Positions 25,604 to 38,667 of a stretch of DNA of 64,000 nucleotides are shown here, one piece after another. Both the position numbers and the translations under genes were made by a program. The notes beneath the pieces were generated by a model. That model was not told the origin of the DNA, made no database searches, and worked only from the letters and a program-made list of their open reading frames with translations. This DNA comes from Lama glama (taxonomy: Eukaryota). Location of the stretch: positions 93,684,001 through 93,748,000 of the forward strand of contig CM052816.1 in the NCBI GenBank assembly GCA_028534125.1, written 5' to 3'. How positions within the stretch are numbered: the first letter of the stretch is position 1; every line of letters begins with the position of its first letter.

Positions 25604-25789
25604 ATAATGGGAACTTATAGGAAATTCCAAAGGGGTAGTTGAAGATTCTGGACTAGATTTCAGAAGGTGGAGCCATCTGCAGATTTGGGAATTACCTATA
25701 TAATCAGTTAACAAGAGAGAGGAGATACTTAGAGGTAAATGTATGGATGAAGTGGAAGGAGACTGACAAATGGAAGATATCAACCAGAG
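25604..25789 (+). other. Candidate 186-nt non-coding exon (unverified)
   Basis: Long T-rich tract ...ttttttctttacag| and GAG|gtaagt donor; stops in all three frames. Confidence 0.3.
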
Positions 25790-26000
25790 GTAAGTTTATA
25801 ATTCAGTATTCAATTTGACATCAATAAGACATGGTACAGAGTCTGGAAAAAAGATCAGACTTTAGAGGACATTTCAAGGTTAGAGATTGTGGTCATGAAG
25901 ATAAAATGCTACAAGGAGTTAAGGATGGCAGGCCTGATGGTGTCAGCATCACTCTCCTCGGTATAAGAGTTTATTGAGGTACAGGGAAGCATTGACAAAT
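25680..26000 (-). mobile_element. Decayed L2 remnant
   Basis: Purine-rich tracts resembling antisense L2 ORF2; weak match. Confidence 0.35.
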
Positions 26001-26934
26001 AAATGATGATAAACCACCTTAGTTTTTTTTAAAGTTTATTGAATGGGCATAAAGAAGTAGAGGCATTTATTGTCTACTACTTTCAAACAGATAATTAATA
26101 ATGAAAGAAAAAAATGAGGGGTTATAAATTAAGACTCTTTTCCCTTAGTCTCTGACCTTCAAAACAAACAAACAAACAGAAACAAAGGGGATAATTGATG
26201 AAAAAAAGCCAAGAGGAAGTGGATGGAAAAAAAGGTTTTAGTTTATCCAAAACAGATTTCCCCAATATGTGAAATGAACTCAATGGAAGCAAAAAATAAA
26301 TTGCCCTCCTTGTCTATGAGAGCTTAAAAATCAAGCTTTTTTGCCATAAATTTGGTTTATTGGGCAGACAGAGATATGTGCTCCATTGTTCAAAGTCCTA
26401 ACCTAAAACCGGGTATTCAGAACGCATCAAAGAGAAAACCAATTATGTGATATTGCCAGCAAATGAGCTGTGAAGTGGATCTAGAAATTAAAAAAGGAAA
26501 AAAGTCAGGTAAAATGACAGAAAATATGAGCATCTGAAAGATAAGAATGGTCAGAAATATAGGGGGTAATGATTGATTTGTGTATTTCAGTTGTCTATTT
26601 AAAATACTAAAATTTATGTTGGCTAAAGTGTTGTTTAAAGACAATTGAATGTTTTCCATCCTCAAGAAAAAATCAATTTTACTACTAAATTTTGGGGAGC
26701 CTGATGATAGAGTATTAAACTTGAACATTTCTGTGTCTGTCTGTCTCTCCCTCTGTCACTCTCACTCTCTTGTTTTCTCTCTCTCTTTGCTTTAAGATTA
26801 GTTTTGTCTCAAATCCTCTTAATTTAACAATAGGGCCCTAGGAAGCTTGATCATTTTGCCCCTCAGTCCTTTCAGCATGTCCTAGATGGAGAAGGAATTA
26901 TCTAGCAGAAATCTGTGATTCTAGCTCTTGTCTA

Positions 26935-27433
26935 GTGAGATGAACACATCATTTTTGTCCATCCATCCCCTGATGAGAACTAAGGTTGTTTCCGTATCTT
27001 GGCTGTCGTGAATAATGCTGCAGTAAACGTAGGAGTGCAGATATCTCAATATCCCATTTTTATTTCCTTTGGTTATACACCTAGAAGTGGAATTGCTGAT
27101 CATACGGTAGATCTGTTTTTGATTTTTTGAGGAGCTTTCATATTGTTTTCCATAGTGGGTGAACCAGTTCGCATTCTCACCAAAGCCCTAGAGATCTAAG
27201 GCCCAGTTTAGTAACTCCTATAAACAATAATGTTGTATTATAACCATCAAACTTCTTCAGATACTTGAACTTAATGATTCCAACTACTGAAAAGGAAGGA
27301 TAATTTTGTAATGTAATAGAGGAGCTAATTATTGCTACATTGGCAATTATATTGCAATATATACATGTGTCAAATTAATATTTTTATACCTTAAATTTAC
27401 ACATTGTTATACATCAAATATATTCTTTAAAAA
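26935..27433 (+). mobile_element. 5'-inverted L1 (L1MA-like)
   Basis: Antisense ORF2 C-terminus 26935-27183 abuts sense 3' UTR 27184-27433 (ctagagatcta...accttaaatttacacattgttata...aaaaa). Confidence 0.8.
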
Positions 27434-27499
27434 GGATTAGCTGGTATTATTTTTAAGGTTAATGCTATTATTATTTTAATGTCTAGTAACTTATGCCAT

Positions 27500-27844
27500 G
27501 TATGACAGAGAGAGACAGAAAACTGTAATTAAAGAGGTATATGAGACATATCAAGAGAGAAGCATAGCTAAATTTAGCAGAAGAATTTTGGTATCAATCA
27601 GTGGTATTGGGAAAAGATTCCGAGAAAAGTTATCATTTGTTCCAGACCCAGTGGGATGAACGTCACTTATAAACATGTCATCATAAGGCGTGTGTGCTCC
27701 ATTGAAATGGTATAGAGAACAGTGGTACAGTGTTGGATATACAGAAGGTCAATGCAGGGAAATAACACAGTAATTGTACTGGAAAGGTGATTTTAGAGAA
27801 GACTGAGAAGTCCTGAATAGCAAATTAGGGTATGGATGTTATTT

Positions 27845-27845
<1 letters not shown>
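27500..27845 (-). mobile_element. L2 remnant
   Basis: gggaaaagattccgagaaaagttatcatttg...tcctgaatagcaaattagggtatggatgttattttg resembles antisense L2. Confidence 0.4.

Positions 27846-27846
<1 letters not shown>

Positions 27847-27894
<48 letters not shown>
27847..27894. repeat. (TA)24 microsatellite
   Basis: Perfect TA run. Confidence 0.98.
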
Positions 27895-27900
<6 letters not shown>

Positions 27901-28793
27901 ATAGAAGCATGTGGTTTCTTTAGCTTCCATAGGAAATTCAAAGCAAATAATTTCCATAACAAATGATTACTCACAGTAATTTGAAGGGAGGTGTGAAGGG
28001 GCACACCTCTTTGCTAGCATTGTCAGTACATTATTTTTATTTTAGAAGTTTCTGTCTCTTTTAATAGATGACAAGTGGCAATATTTTCTTTTCATCACTG
28101 TATTCCAAGGATCCAAGGATATGAAACTGGCTCTGAGGGTGCTGTTGTCGTATTAGTTAAGTTAATGTTGAATGAAATTAGTATGCATGTTTATAAAGGA
28201 TGATCATGATGCTTTGGATCACCAAACCAGTCAATTTACAATAGTGTCCAGTAAACTAAAATAAAAATCCACCTGCTTTATTTGGGGAAATGAAGTACCA
28301 GGGAGTTAAGAGATAAAAAACACCGGCAGAGGATTAGTTGACAATATAAAGCTTCTTAATGGCCAAGTGTTTGATACACAAGGGACAATGCTAACATTGT
28401 CAGAGGAAGATGGTCAAATAGAGTTTCACTTGATCTCACTGGGTTGGGCCTCAATCAAGTGGTGCTTATAAGATTCACTGAAGACACTGCTTAGGTTAAA
28501 ACAACAATTCAACAAGTAGAAAGAAATGAGATTAGACGACATGCATCAGCCCACAAAAAATGTATCTGGGAATCAAAATAATAGCTCAAAGCAGGCATGG
28601 CTCCTTGTCAAAGGAAGGCAATTGGCATAAATTATCCAATTATCCTTTCTGCAATTTAGAAAATGAAATTAGGCTTAACACTTGGCTCTATCAATTCCCT
28701 AATTTATTGATTTTTGCCTAGTCATTTTTCTCATAGCTACTAAAATATATTTGTACAGTTAGTTAGGTACCTTGAGGGCACTGAATTAGAGAC

Positions 28794-28892
28794 AGTGGTT
28801 CTTTAAATGCTATGAAGGGTTATGTTCCAGGGGAACTAATTTAACCAGATCTCCCAATATCTTCATTGTGTGTTAACCATCGATCACCACTG
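28794..28892. mobile_element. MER5-like hAT remnant
   Basis: cagtggttct...caccactg termini. Confidence 0.4.
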
Positions 28893-29688
28893 TGTAAAAC
28901 GGAGACAGGGATTTTCGCTTCTACCAATGTGGCCAACAGGCAGTACTGTTACCACTGCAAACTTTCAGCTTCACGAACTTAACTTCATCTTGGACTTTGC
29001 CCAGGTTGCCCTTGGCTAGTTTTCTCTTTCTTCCACTTGATGGTCCTCTACTTACTGTTCATGAATTCACCTGAAACTATTCTTTTCTTCTCTTCAAATC
29101 TTCATGATTGCTTCTTGTTTACTATACAATGATGCATGAGTGGCTGTTTTTACACCAGGAGTTACAGTGAGTCAGACCACTGAGGGTTGCTTGTCTCTGG
29201 GCCCACTGCAACTGTCTCATCCTTTTTCTCAAATTATGTGATGGAAAACCTGAAAGATGCTGAACTGTGTTACTTATTACAGTGGCACTCAGACGGGCCT
29301 TAAATATCTAGATTTGCCTTCCAAAATAATACTAAGCCCTAAGCAGTATAATAATGTATCACAAGGAAATATTGGTTAATTGGTATTGCCAACCTACATA
29401 CTAGCATTCTGCTAAATAGCTAATTTATAATCACCAAGAGTATCTCAGACATATTGAAAAAATTCAAAATGTCTTCTAAATTGTTTTCGAATAAATAACC
29501 ATCTTTTAAATGTGCACTCAGAAAATGATCTGTTGATGGTTTGAGTGAATTGAGTATTATTACATACTCCTTGAATAATAATGTACATACTACATTAGTT
29601 AGATCCAGAAATAAACGCCAAATTAGCAATTGGGTTATTAAAGCAACAAAAAAAATCTCACCATTACTCCCTTCATTAAAAACATATG

Positions 29689-29765
29689 CGTGTATGTGTG
29701 TGCATGCGTGTGTGTCTGAGAGACAGACTGAGGCAGAGAGACAGAGAGAGACAGAGGCTGAGAGA
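29689..29765. repeat. Imperfect (TG)n/(GA)n compound repeat
   Basis: gtgtatgtgtgtgcatgcgtgtgtgtctgagagacag...gagagacagagagagacagag. Confidence 0.8.
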
Positions 29766-29939
29766 ATAATTCAGACAGCATATTACATATACTTTCTTCA
29801 ACTACTTTTTGAATATTGGGATACATGATTTGAAAACATTATGTACTACAATACACAAATATTTAAGAAACAATTATATGTGAATACTATGATGCATGTT
29901 TTCTATGATGCCCTCCATATGTTGGCAGAATGTCAGCTC

Positions 29940-30083
29940 AAGAAGTACTTCCCAAATGAACATATTAAGATCACTGTCAAGTTTTTATGCAGAAACTTTG
30001 AGCAGAGATAAGAACTCTGTATATTCAACAAGCATTCAAATATGTCTCATATGTTAATCTTGTAACTCTGTAGGGACCACTGT
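29940..30083. mobile_element. MER5A-like hAT remnant
   Basis: gaactctgtatattcaacaagc...gggaccactg. Confidence 0.45.
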
Positions 30084-32322
30084 GTAAGGACCTCTACTTG
30101 CAACCTGCTTAGTTGAACAGCCCTGATACCAGCTTTATTGACCCTTTGAGGTGATTTTGAAATAAGGTTGTATTTCTTAGCAGATCTTCATGTGCTTGTA
30201 AATTAGGCCCACATGGATTTCCAGGAAATAACCTTTCATTAATTCAGCAGCTGAAATATCAAACCCTAAACAGAGGAAAAGTACACTAAATTGTATTAAC
30301 ATACATTTTATTACTCCATTAGTATATTCTATAGGGTACTTGTTTATAACCTTAGATGCATGTCAGATCTGATGAATCTAAGTCTTGTAGAAGAGGCAGG
30401 GACCTATATCATGTCAGTGGCTAGCAGTTAAATTAATGCAGATTTTTTTTGTCATAAATCAAATATGTATTGTAAAAGAAAGTCACTAAAACTAATACAG
30501 AGATAAATTGTTCAAGTTTCAGAATTTAAAATTCTGTATTCTCTTCTTACACCACTATAATAACAAATAAACATGACTGAAGGAAAAAAAAGAATCTGCC
30601 ATTTCTGTATATTTAAATGCTACATATACATTTATGTTCTGCATTTATGTATGTATTTATTCAGTTGAATTAAAAAAGGAAAATATAATTTATATATATA
30701 CATTTGATTAAAAATAAAGAAACTTCATTTGCTTAATGTAATTAAATTTATTTTAGATGTTTGTTAGAAACATTTTGAGTATTTTAAAATTATAATAGCA
30801 AGATATATGCAGCTGATAATTATTTAATATTTTAATATTATTAATAATTTGTAGCTTTTGTGTTATTCATCTATGTATAAAGCCATAAATATTGGTAATT
30901 TAATTTTTCATAATGATCTATTTACAAAATTTATATTTAAACTTTTTTGAAAAATGTCATCTTATAAAAATACAGCAAAATATACCAAAAGTTTTAACTC
31001 AATTTCATAGTTCACAAAAGAAAAATCAGCTTGCTTACCGATCTTTGGACAATGATTTTTAATAGAAAAACATGAAAATTATTTTCAAACAAGAATAAAA
31101 ATTATATTTATAAATAAAAAGTGCTAAGTTCTGAAATGTTTAAGTGTTTTAGTTGATGTTTGATTATACTGTTTGTTTTAAGAAAATTTTCTTTCTTCCA
31201 GCTGTTAATATGATAGTTTTCAATTATTTCTTTACCTATAATTTTAACATCTTTTGAAAAGTATGGCTATTCAGTTCAAGAAATCTAGCAGGACTGAGTC
31301 ACATATCCACCCCAGGGAAGAGCTCTTTTTAATATGTCAAAAATGAGACTTTTTTTTTATCATTGTCCATTTGTATTGAAAATAAGTATCTGGCTGATTT
31401 TATAGAAGAAATAAAATCTCTTTTTCTGTTCATAGTCTAATGGATCTGAAATGTAAGGTATTCTCCCTTGGTAATACATTTGAATTAACATAGAATAGTT
31501 TCTAAGTTATAAATATAATTCTTTCTTCAATGGTTTTACAAATATAAAAACTATATTTTACAATTAATTGATATGAGTATTTGAATCTCTTTTCTATAAA
31601 ATATTAATACTAATCCTAAAAACGACCAGTTAACCAGTTGGAAAGAGTAAAATCACATTTGTATTTTATAATACTCAAAAAAAATTCCTAATGAATTTAA
31701 AACTTCACTGTAAACATAAAAAGAGAATACCATTTCTGTTCATTTAAAGATAGAAGTACAGAAGATATAAGACTAATGAATTTCACTATATAAATGATTA
31801 TATCAAAAATATTTTTATCTTTTACAACTTCTCGGCTTAAAAGTTTTGGCAACAGCAGAAGTCTAAGTATATAAAACAATGAAAACCCTTTAGTATATAC
31901 TATTTAGGATACTTTGAGAAAGAAGTTTTTGAGGATAGAGAAGATAAAATACAGACTACAACTCCTTAATACCTTAATGTTTATGCAAAAGTGACTACAG
32001 ATTGCTATTTCAAAGAACTCATCAGTAAAGGACCCATAATAAGAGAGGGAATAAAAAGCCCTTCTGTGATGTAGTCTGTAACCGTTGATTGAACAAGAAA
32101 AAGTTAAAAGTATATGATTAAAATATAAAAATAATTTTATAATTACTTAATTATAAGTAAATAATTACAGTCATCTCATTAAAAAAAATCAGAGCCTTGG
32201 CTACACAAAAGCACTGTTCTAAACATAGGAATACAGAAATAAAAAAGTAGATAAAACCCCAGTTTTCTTAGAGGTTGCATATTAAAGAGCAAGATTGTTT
32301 TCAGAAATGGTGGAAAACAGAG

Positions 32323-32324
<2 letters not shown>

Positions 32325-32374
<50 letters not shown>

Positions 32375-32376
32375 AC
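32325..32376. repeat. (AC)21 AA (AC)4 microsatellite
   Basis: Direct reading. Confidence 0.98.
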
Positions 32377-33319
32377 CATCTAAGTCCAGATGGTAGAAAG
32401 AATGCCATGTTTAGGTCGATGAATATCAGTGAAAATACACTTTTAAGGGTAGAGGCAGTAAATTTCAAGTAGTCCCATCAGGTGATCTCTAAATTGCCAG
32501 TTATGTACAACAAAGGGTCCTCTCCAAAAAGAAATGGTAAAAATAGCATTTGGAACCTGTAGGTAGTAGAAAATGCCTGGAATGTTGTAGATGGGGACAA
32601 GTAGAGATTAATGAAAGGATTTCTGAAGGTCAGAGAGAGGAGTTGGTTGCATCCTTAACAGATATGTAAAATAAACACATAAATAAATATAATAGAAATC
32701 AGTATACACTACTGCCTTATCTTAATTGTTAGTAAAAATTGTTTTGAGTTTTTCTGTATAGAATATGTGGCTTAAAAGCATCTTATCTTTAATTATGTGT
32801 ATATATTTAAGAGCTCCCTATAGAGAACTGTGAAACTAGCACTGTTTGTAAACATTATCTTCCTTAGCATTTGGCAATAACATCCTATCATTATTGTGAC
32901 AACGAGCATCTTGTCTCTAATTTTTATAGCAATTATGGCTATATGAGTCAACTTATAATAGTAAAGATGTTCACAAGCTAAAAAGGAATAAAATGTGTTT
33001 ACCATTGGATGATTTTGTATGTTACTTTTTGTTTTATCACAAAATTATACTTAAGTAAATAGTTCTTTGATAAAAAGAAGCTATGGCTTCCAGTGCCTTT
33101 GTACTGCCGTGATTATTTTAGCACAACAGGCAAGACAAATGATTGTTTCTTCACATCGAGTATATTTATAGCAAGTCTTTAAAGCTATTCTTGCTCAATA
33201 TTTTGGAGATATTTGAGACAGTGAGATATCACTAATGTTGGGCATATGAGATTAAACTAATAGAAGTATTGTAACATGTGCAAATTGTAGAGGTGCTTTT
33301 CACACCTCATAAGTGACTT

Positions 33320-33566
33320 TTAAAAAATGGATTACTGCATTTTAAAGCAAATTTCCACTTAGAAAAAGTGAAAAGATATTACAAAGAGTTTCTATATACA
33401 CTCACATTCAATTACTGTCTTATTATTAAGTCTATATTTCTTTAAGATTCTCTTAGATTTTTAACTAGTGCATTTTTTTCTCAGTTCCAGGATCCTATGC
33501 AAAATACTCCATTATATTTACTTGTCATGTCTCTTTAGGTTCCTTTAGACTGTGGCAAATTTTCAG
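33320..33566 (-). mobile_element. L1 3' end (L1MC-like)
   Basis: ttccaggatcctatgcaaaatactccattatatttacttgtcatgtctctttagg...tgtggcaaattttcaga. Confidence 0.7.
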
Positions 33567-33569
33567 AGA

Positions 33570-34169
33570 CATCAATGTGAATTCTACAACATTTGAAGTA
33601 GAAGTAACATCAGTCCTTCCCAAAGTCTTCCAACAAACAGAATAGGGAGGAATGCTCCTAGATCATTCTGTGAGGCTACCACTACTGTGATACAAATTAC
33701 AGAAAAAGGATACCAAAAGAAAAGAAAATGACAAGCCAATATCCCATATGACTATAGATACAAATATCCTCAAATATATTAGCAAATCAAATGCAGCAGC
33801 ATATTAAGGGAATAATAAACTATGACCAAGTTTATTTATTCCAGGAATGCAAGGGTGGTTTGACATAAATACACTCCCTTAGTGTAATCTGTCATCTCAA
33901 TAAAAACAAAAATGAAAAGAAAAGTGTACTCATCTCAATTTCTGCAATAAAAGTATTTGATGAACTCTATTTCCCTTTCACAATAAGAACAATCAATAAA
34001 CTAGGAATAAACTTTATCAACATGATAAAGAGATTTTATAATACAACCCACAGCTGACTTCATATTCAGTGATGAAAAATTGAAAGCTTTTCTCACTACG
34101 ATCAGGAATAAGACAAGAATGCTCATTTTTCCTACTTCCATTCAACATTGTACTGATAATCAAACCAGA
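33570..34169 (+). mobile_element. L1 ORF2 reverse transcriptase N-terminal region, running into the gap
   Basis: gaaaatgacaagccaatatc (ENYRPIS-like), ttattccaggaatgcaagggtggttt (FIPGMQGWF), gaaaaattgaaagctttt (EKLKAF). Confidence 0.9.
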
Positions 34170-34669
34170 NNNNNNNNNNNNNNNNNNNNNNNNNNNNNNN
34201 NNNNNNNNNNNNNNNNNNNNNNNNNNNNNNNNNNNNNNNNNNNNNNNNNNNNNNNNNNNNNNNNNNNNNNNNNNNNNNNNNNNNNNNNNNNNNNNNNNNN
34301 NNNNNNNNNNNNNNNNNNNNNNNNNNNNNNNNNNNNNNNNNNNNNNNNNNNNNNNNNNNNNNNNNNNNNNNNNNNNNNNNNNNNNNNNNNNNNNNNNNNN
34401 NNNNNNNNNNNNNNNNNNNNNNNNNNNNNNNNNNNNNNNNNNNNNNNNNNNNNNNNNNNNNNNNNNNNNNNNNNNNNNNNNNNNNNNNNNNNNNNNNNNN
34501 NNNNNNNNNNNNNNNNNNNNNNNNNNNNNNNNNNNNNNNNNNNNNNNNNNNNNNNNNNNNNNNNNNNNNNNNNNNNNNNNNNNNNNNNNNNNNNNNNNNN
34601 NNNNNNNNNNNNNNNNNNNNNNNNNNNNNNNNNNNNNNNNNNNNNNNNNNNNNNNNNNNNNNNNNNNNN
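34170..34669. other. Assembly gap (500 N)
   Basis: Exactly 500 N. Confidence 1.
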
Positions 34670-35295
34670 ATAAAAGGAGAAAATTATTTTCTGAGCACTT
34701 ATATCAAGCTATGTAATGTAATCTGGGGAGTCATTTGTTAAGGTAAATTTTATTTGAAATGTCTTTGAACAGCTTAAAAAATCTAAGTGTTATTGAAGTA
34801 TGGTCAGTTTGAAAGGGCGAATATTTAAGTTTATATAATTCATTGAAAATGCTTACCACAAACTTATTATTTGTTTGATATCATGACAGGACCTGCAGTG
34901 CATAATGGTAGGCAAATATTCCTCTTCAAGGACCTGGCAACCATTGACCCATCGAGTGCTTCCTTGAAGACGGTAATGAAATTGTAAGATTCTGGCACTA
35001 AATATTTGATCCAAACAATTGTTTCTCTATTTTGTGTAAAATCATTGGCCTCCTATTTACTCATATGATATAACAATAAGTAGATCTGTAAGAGCTCTGA
35101 ATAGCAACATAGATTAAAAACTACCATATCAATATATACACACACACACACACTGAAGAACTAATGGAGAATAGTGAATATGTAGCCAGGAAACAAGAGT
35201 TCTTCCATTAAATGATGACAGAATCACTGAACAACAGATACGTATCAGGCAATAGGAACTGCTCTAAATTTAAATATGTTTGGGGGTGCCTTAGT

Positions 35296-35344
35296 TAAAA
35301 CAAAACAAAACAAAATAAAAACAAAAATGAAAACAAAAACAAAA
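35296..35344 (+). repeat. Imperfect (AAAAC)n repeat
   Basis: aaaacaaaacaaaacaaaataaaaacaaaaatgaaaacaaaaacaaaa. Confidence 0.85.
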
Positions 35345-35989
35345 TCTTAAGTGTCTTTATAGCAACAGTTACTCCGTCTTTTCTATTTCAATGGACGTTG
35401 AGGACTGCAAAATTCAGTGATCATTTTCCTACCAACATGTTTTGGACACATAGCCCAATGTTATTTTTTACATGTATTCTTCTAAGCTACGTACTTAATA
35501 GTATGCAGTCATTCAGTTTTTTTTTTTCTGTGTGTGTACACCTTACATCACTTTTTGAATTTTAAATTTCTGTTTTGTTGTGATTTGTGTTTCTTCATGT
35601 TACTATTGTAGTTTTGTTTCAAGTACAGAACTTAAGTATGTGGATTCATTTAAATTCACCTTGCTTGGAATGATTTCTTAGGACCATTTTGAACAATCAC
35701 TCTGTTTCTTGTGCTAGTTCCACCTTAACATCAAATTATTCATATATTTTATTTGATACACCTTATTTTTTATTTCTGACTGTAAATGTCTAACCCATTA
35801 GGGTCATAAATCAAGCTCTCAGTGTGTCACTGAAAGCATTTGTTCCAGTTTTACAGGAACAAATTAATGGGCAGCCCTTATGTAGATCAGCATAAACAAA
35901 TATAAACCTTTTTTTCTATATTATTCAGCCAGTAGTCCTATGTTTTCTTCTCCATACTACAAGTTCTTTTATAGTAAAACCGATTCTCT

Positions 35990-36983
35990 TCTAGAAGTGG
36001 GATATTAGAAATGTGGCCCTGCCATAATAAAATCCTAAAAGTGTGAAATTAGCTTTGGCACCAAGTGGCATGGGGGCCTTGAAGAATGATGAATAAATTA
36101 TTAACAAAAACTGCAAAATAAGTGGAAACAGTGTACGTAGTTGGAGCCAAGGAAAATGACATTAATAATAGTGAAACATGTGCCAAAGCTGTTACCTGAA
36201 TTATTTTAGAAGATGCAAAATGTACTAAAGAAACTGGATTTGGATAAAGATAGATCCAGAAAGACTGTTGAAAGTGTCAGCTGGGTGCACAGAACTGAAT
36301 TGGATAAGGCGTCACAAGAGAAAAATGAGCTAAAGAAAGAATTAATTTTCAAGCAGAATTTAAAGGGAGTCCATGGGGCCAGTTGTTTTCCATTGGAAAA
36401 TCACGTTGTGAAAGTCTAGTTTTCTAAGCCAATGAGAGAGTTTGAATTGAAACAAGGCCTGTGAACAAAGATAAAACCAAGAATGTGGTGGTATGTGTCT
36501 TTGAAATAAGATGGTAACTATCTGTCTAGAAAGGAAATGTTTACTGTGGCTTTTGATAAATGAAGTGAACGCAAATCAATTCACACACATTTCAAAGATT
36601 TTAGAGTAGCATATGGGTAAGAACCCTACTGACTTAGACTAAAAGTGTCTGAGACAGCTCAAATCGCAAAATGCCTTCTGGATCCTGACCACATGTTAAC
36701 AGAAAGCGGGCTATTCATATACAAACTCATATCTAGCTACTCATATACGTACAGAGGCCAAGTCTTTGGCGAAAGGAAACATCATCAAAGAAGGCAGAGC
36801 CAAGAAGCAGGGAGAAAACCATGAAAGGATCCATTCTCAAGAATTAGATCTATTCTAGGAGCTATTCCCAGACAGCAGAACTGCCTTCTAACCAAGGAAC
36901 ATGCTGGTTCTGTTTCGAGGAACCTGGCAACATTTTCCCTGTGGGATTTCAGTCATGGCTATGGACCAATGACTGTTATGTTT
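35990..36983 (+). mobile_element. MaLR internal region (MLT1-int)
   Basis: Starts tagaagtggg...gccataataaaatcctaaaagtgtg; the ORF 36213-36419 segment SRKTVESVSW...QEKNELKKEL resembles the decayed MaLR gag-like ORF; ends gggatttcag...tatggaccaatgactgttatgt. Confidence 0.7.
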
Positions 36984-37080
36984 GGATTCATTGTAAGCAT
37001 TAAGTAAATTAATGTGTGTGACATGCTTAGAGTAATGCCTGTCACTGTCATGTGCAAATGAAAGCATTGCTTTTATTGCT
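36984..37080 (+). mobile_element. MIR 3' fragment
   Basis: ttgtaagcattaagtaaattaatgtgtgtgacatgcttagagtaatgcctgtcac. Confidence 0.7.
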
Positions 37081-38234
37081 TGTCACTGTTCTCATGTGTA
37101 AATAAAAGTGTTCAGTTAGAATGAACAGGCCTAAGTAAAATTATCCTTCTGAGGATATAACCAACTCATTCCGCTCAATTTCTTCAAAAACCTACAAATT
37201 AACCTTAGGCAAGCCAAGATTGCATTTTTTGTATTAATATTACAGCCCAGTCTTCCTCAAAGGTTAGAATTTATCACCAATGAAGGCATCTACAGGCTAT
37301 CTCAATTACAATTAAAAACACACATAAACATACACTCAAATACACAACTAAAAAACAACAGAACTATTTAGTAATATCCGCTCTAGATAAACTTTCCATC
37401 ATGTAAGTCACTCTATAAGAATGTATTCAATAAAAATTACTTACTTTGGGGCAAAAAGTCCAGATAATTATCTGTCTAATAGGATTTCATGCACTACTTC
37501 AAAGCCTAATTTGGTCAGTAGAATTAATATGTAAGAAAAGATTGCATTAATGTTCTGTGAAGGATGGTTCCTGTCCAACTCCTCTCTATTGATTTACACC
37601 ACCAAGGTGCTAGATGATGGAGAATTTCCAAATAATATGCTGCTGCACTAAATTTGTGCACAGAAATTTAAAAAAAATAAAATCAAGGACAGGTTTCACA
37701 GGAAACTGAAGTAGGATGGTCACAGGCAGAGTAGATGGATGATTAAAACCACACGTAAATCAGCAATGGCCTGTGATTGACAAACTCCAGTGGCAGATAT
37801 ACTGGTGGAAGCATGTTCTTAAATATTGTATTAGTCTCCTTCAGTTGTCCACATATGAAGGTGTGAAGTTTAAGTTTAGGAAGCAAACACTAGAAAGAAG
37901 ACAAAAACTATATGGATGATACATTTCAAAAAGATTGGAAATGCAGAAGAGAGACCAGGGTTGAGAAATATGACCACACACTGAATTCTTCTCAGGAATT
38001 ATATCATCTCTCTTTGTATCTCTTGCATATGTAATTTTCCACATAAGCATACCAATATTCTATTATTTATCTCTTCTTATAAAGTTTTTAAAAAACTATT
38101 GATTTTAATTTCCCCTTTTAGTTACCACCTCTTTTTTCTTACTCTTTTCTATGCCAAATCTAATAATTATTGTCTGTAATTTTAGTATACAGTTCTTTGT
38201 TGCATATTTACTTGTAAACTCTATCCAATTACGC

Positions 38235-38523
38235 TTCAACCCCACCATATAATCAAAACTACTCCTATACAAGCACCAATGACCTCTGAGTTAAAAAACC
38301 AAAGGTTAATTCTCTTCCAGTCTTGCTTGACTACCAGCATATTTGAAACAGTTGATTTTCCCTCCAACAGAAATACCTCTTTATGTGACATGCAAGTTAG
38401 CACCTGGTTTTCAACCCTTGTCGTAGACGTTCCTCTTTGGCCTCCTTTCCTTGCATTTCTCTTCCTCGTGGCCTTGACTTTCAAAGGGTCCAAGCCTCAA
38501 TTCTTAGATATCTTCTGTTTACT
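38235..38523 (+). mobile_element. L2 ORF2 RT fragment
   Basis: caccaatgacctc (TNDL), ttgcttgac (LLD), tttgaaacagttgat (FETVD, cf. FDTVD). Confidence 0.7.
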
Positions 38524-38667
38524 TTATAAATAATGAGTAGATATAGATGCTTGGAATTCAGAGGAGAATTTCAGACAGAATATACAAATTGGGGTGTTGT
38601 TAATATATAGATGATATTTTAAATTTAGGATTGGATGAGAGATGATCAATGAAATGAATTGTATAAT
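38524..38667 (-). mobile_element. L2 ORF2 RT fragment, inverted continuation of the adjacent piece
   Basis: Minus frame LKYHLYINNTPICIFCLKFSSEFQASIS corresponds to L2 FNYHLYADDSQIYISSPDLSPELQTHIS. Confidence 0.7.

Noticed and set aside
34080..34673. 197-aa ORF
   Set aside because: A short L1-derived stretch plus the N gap.
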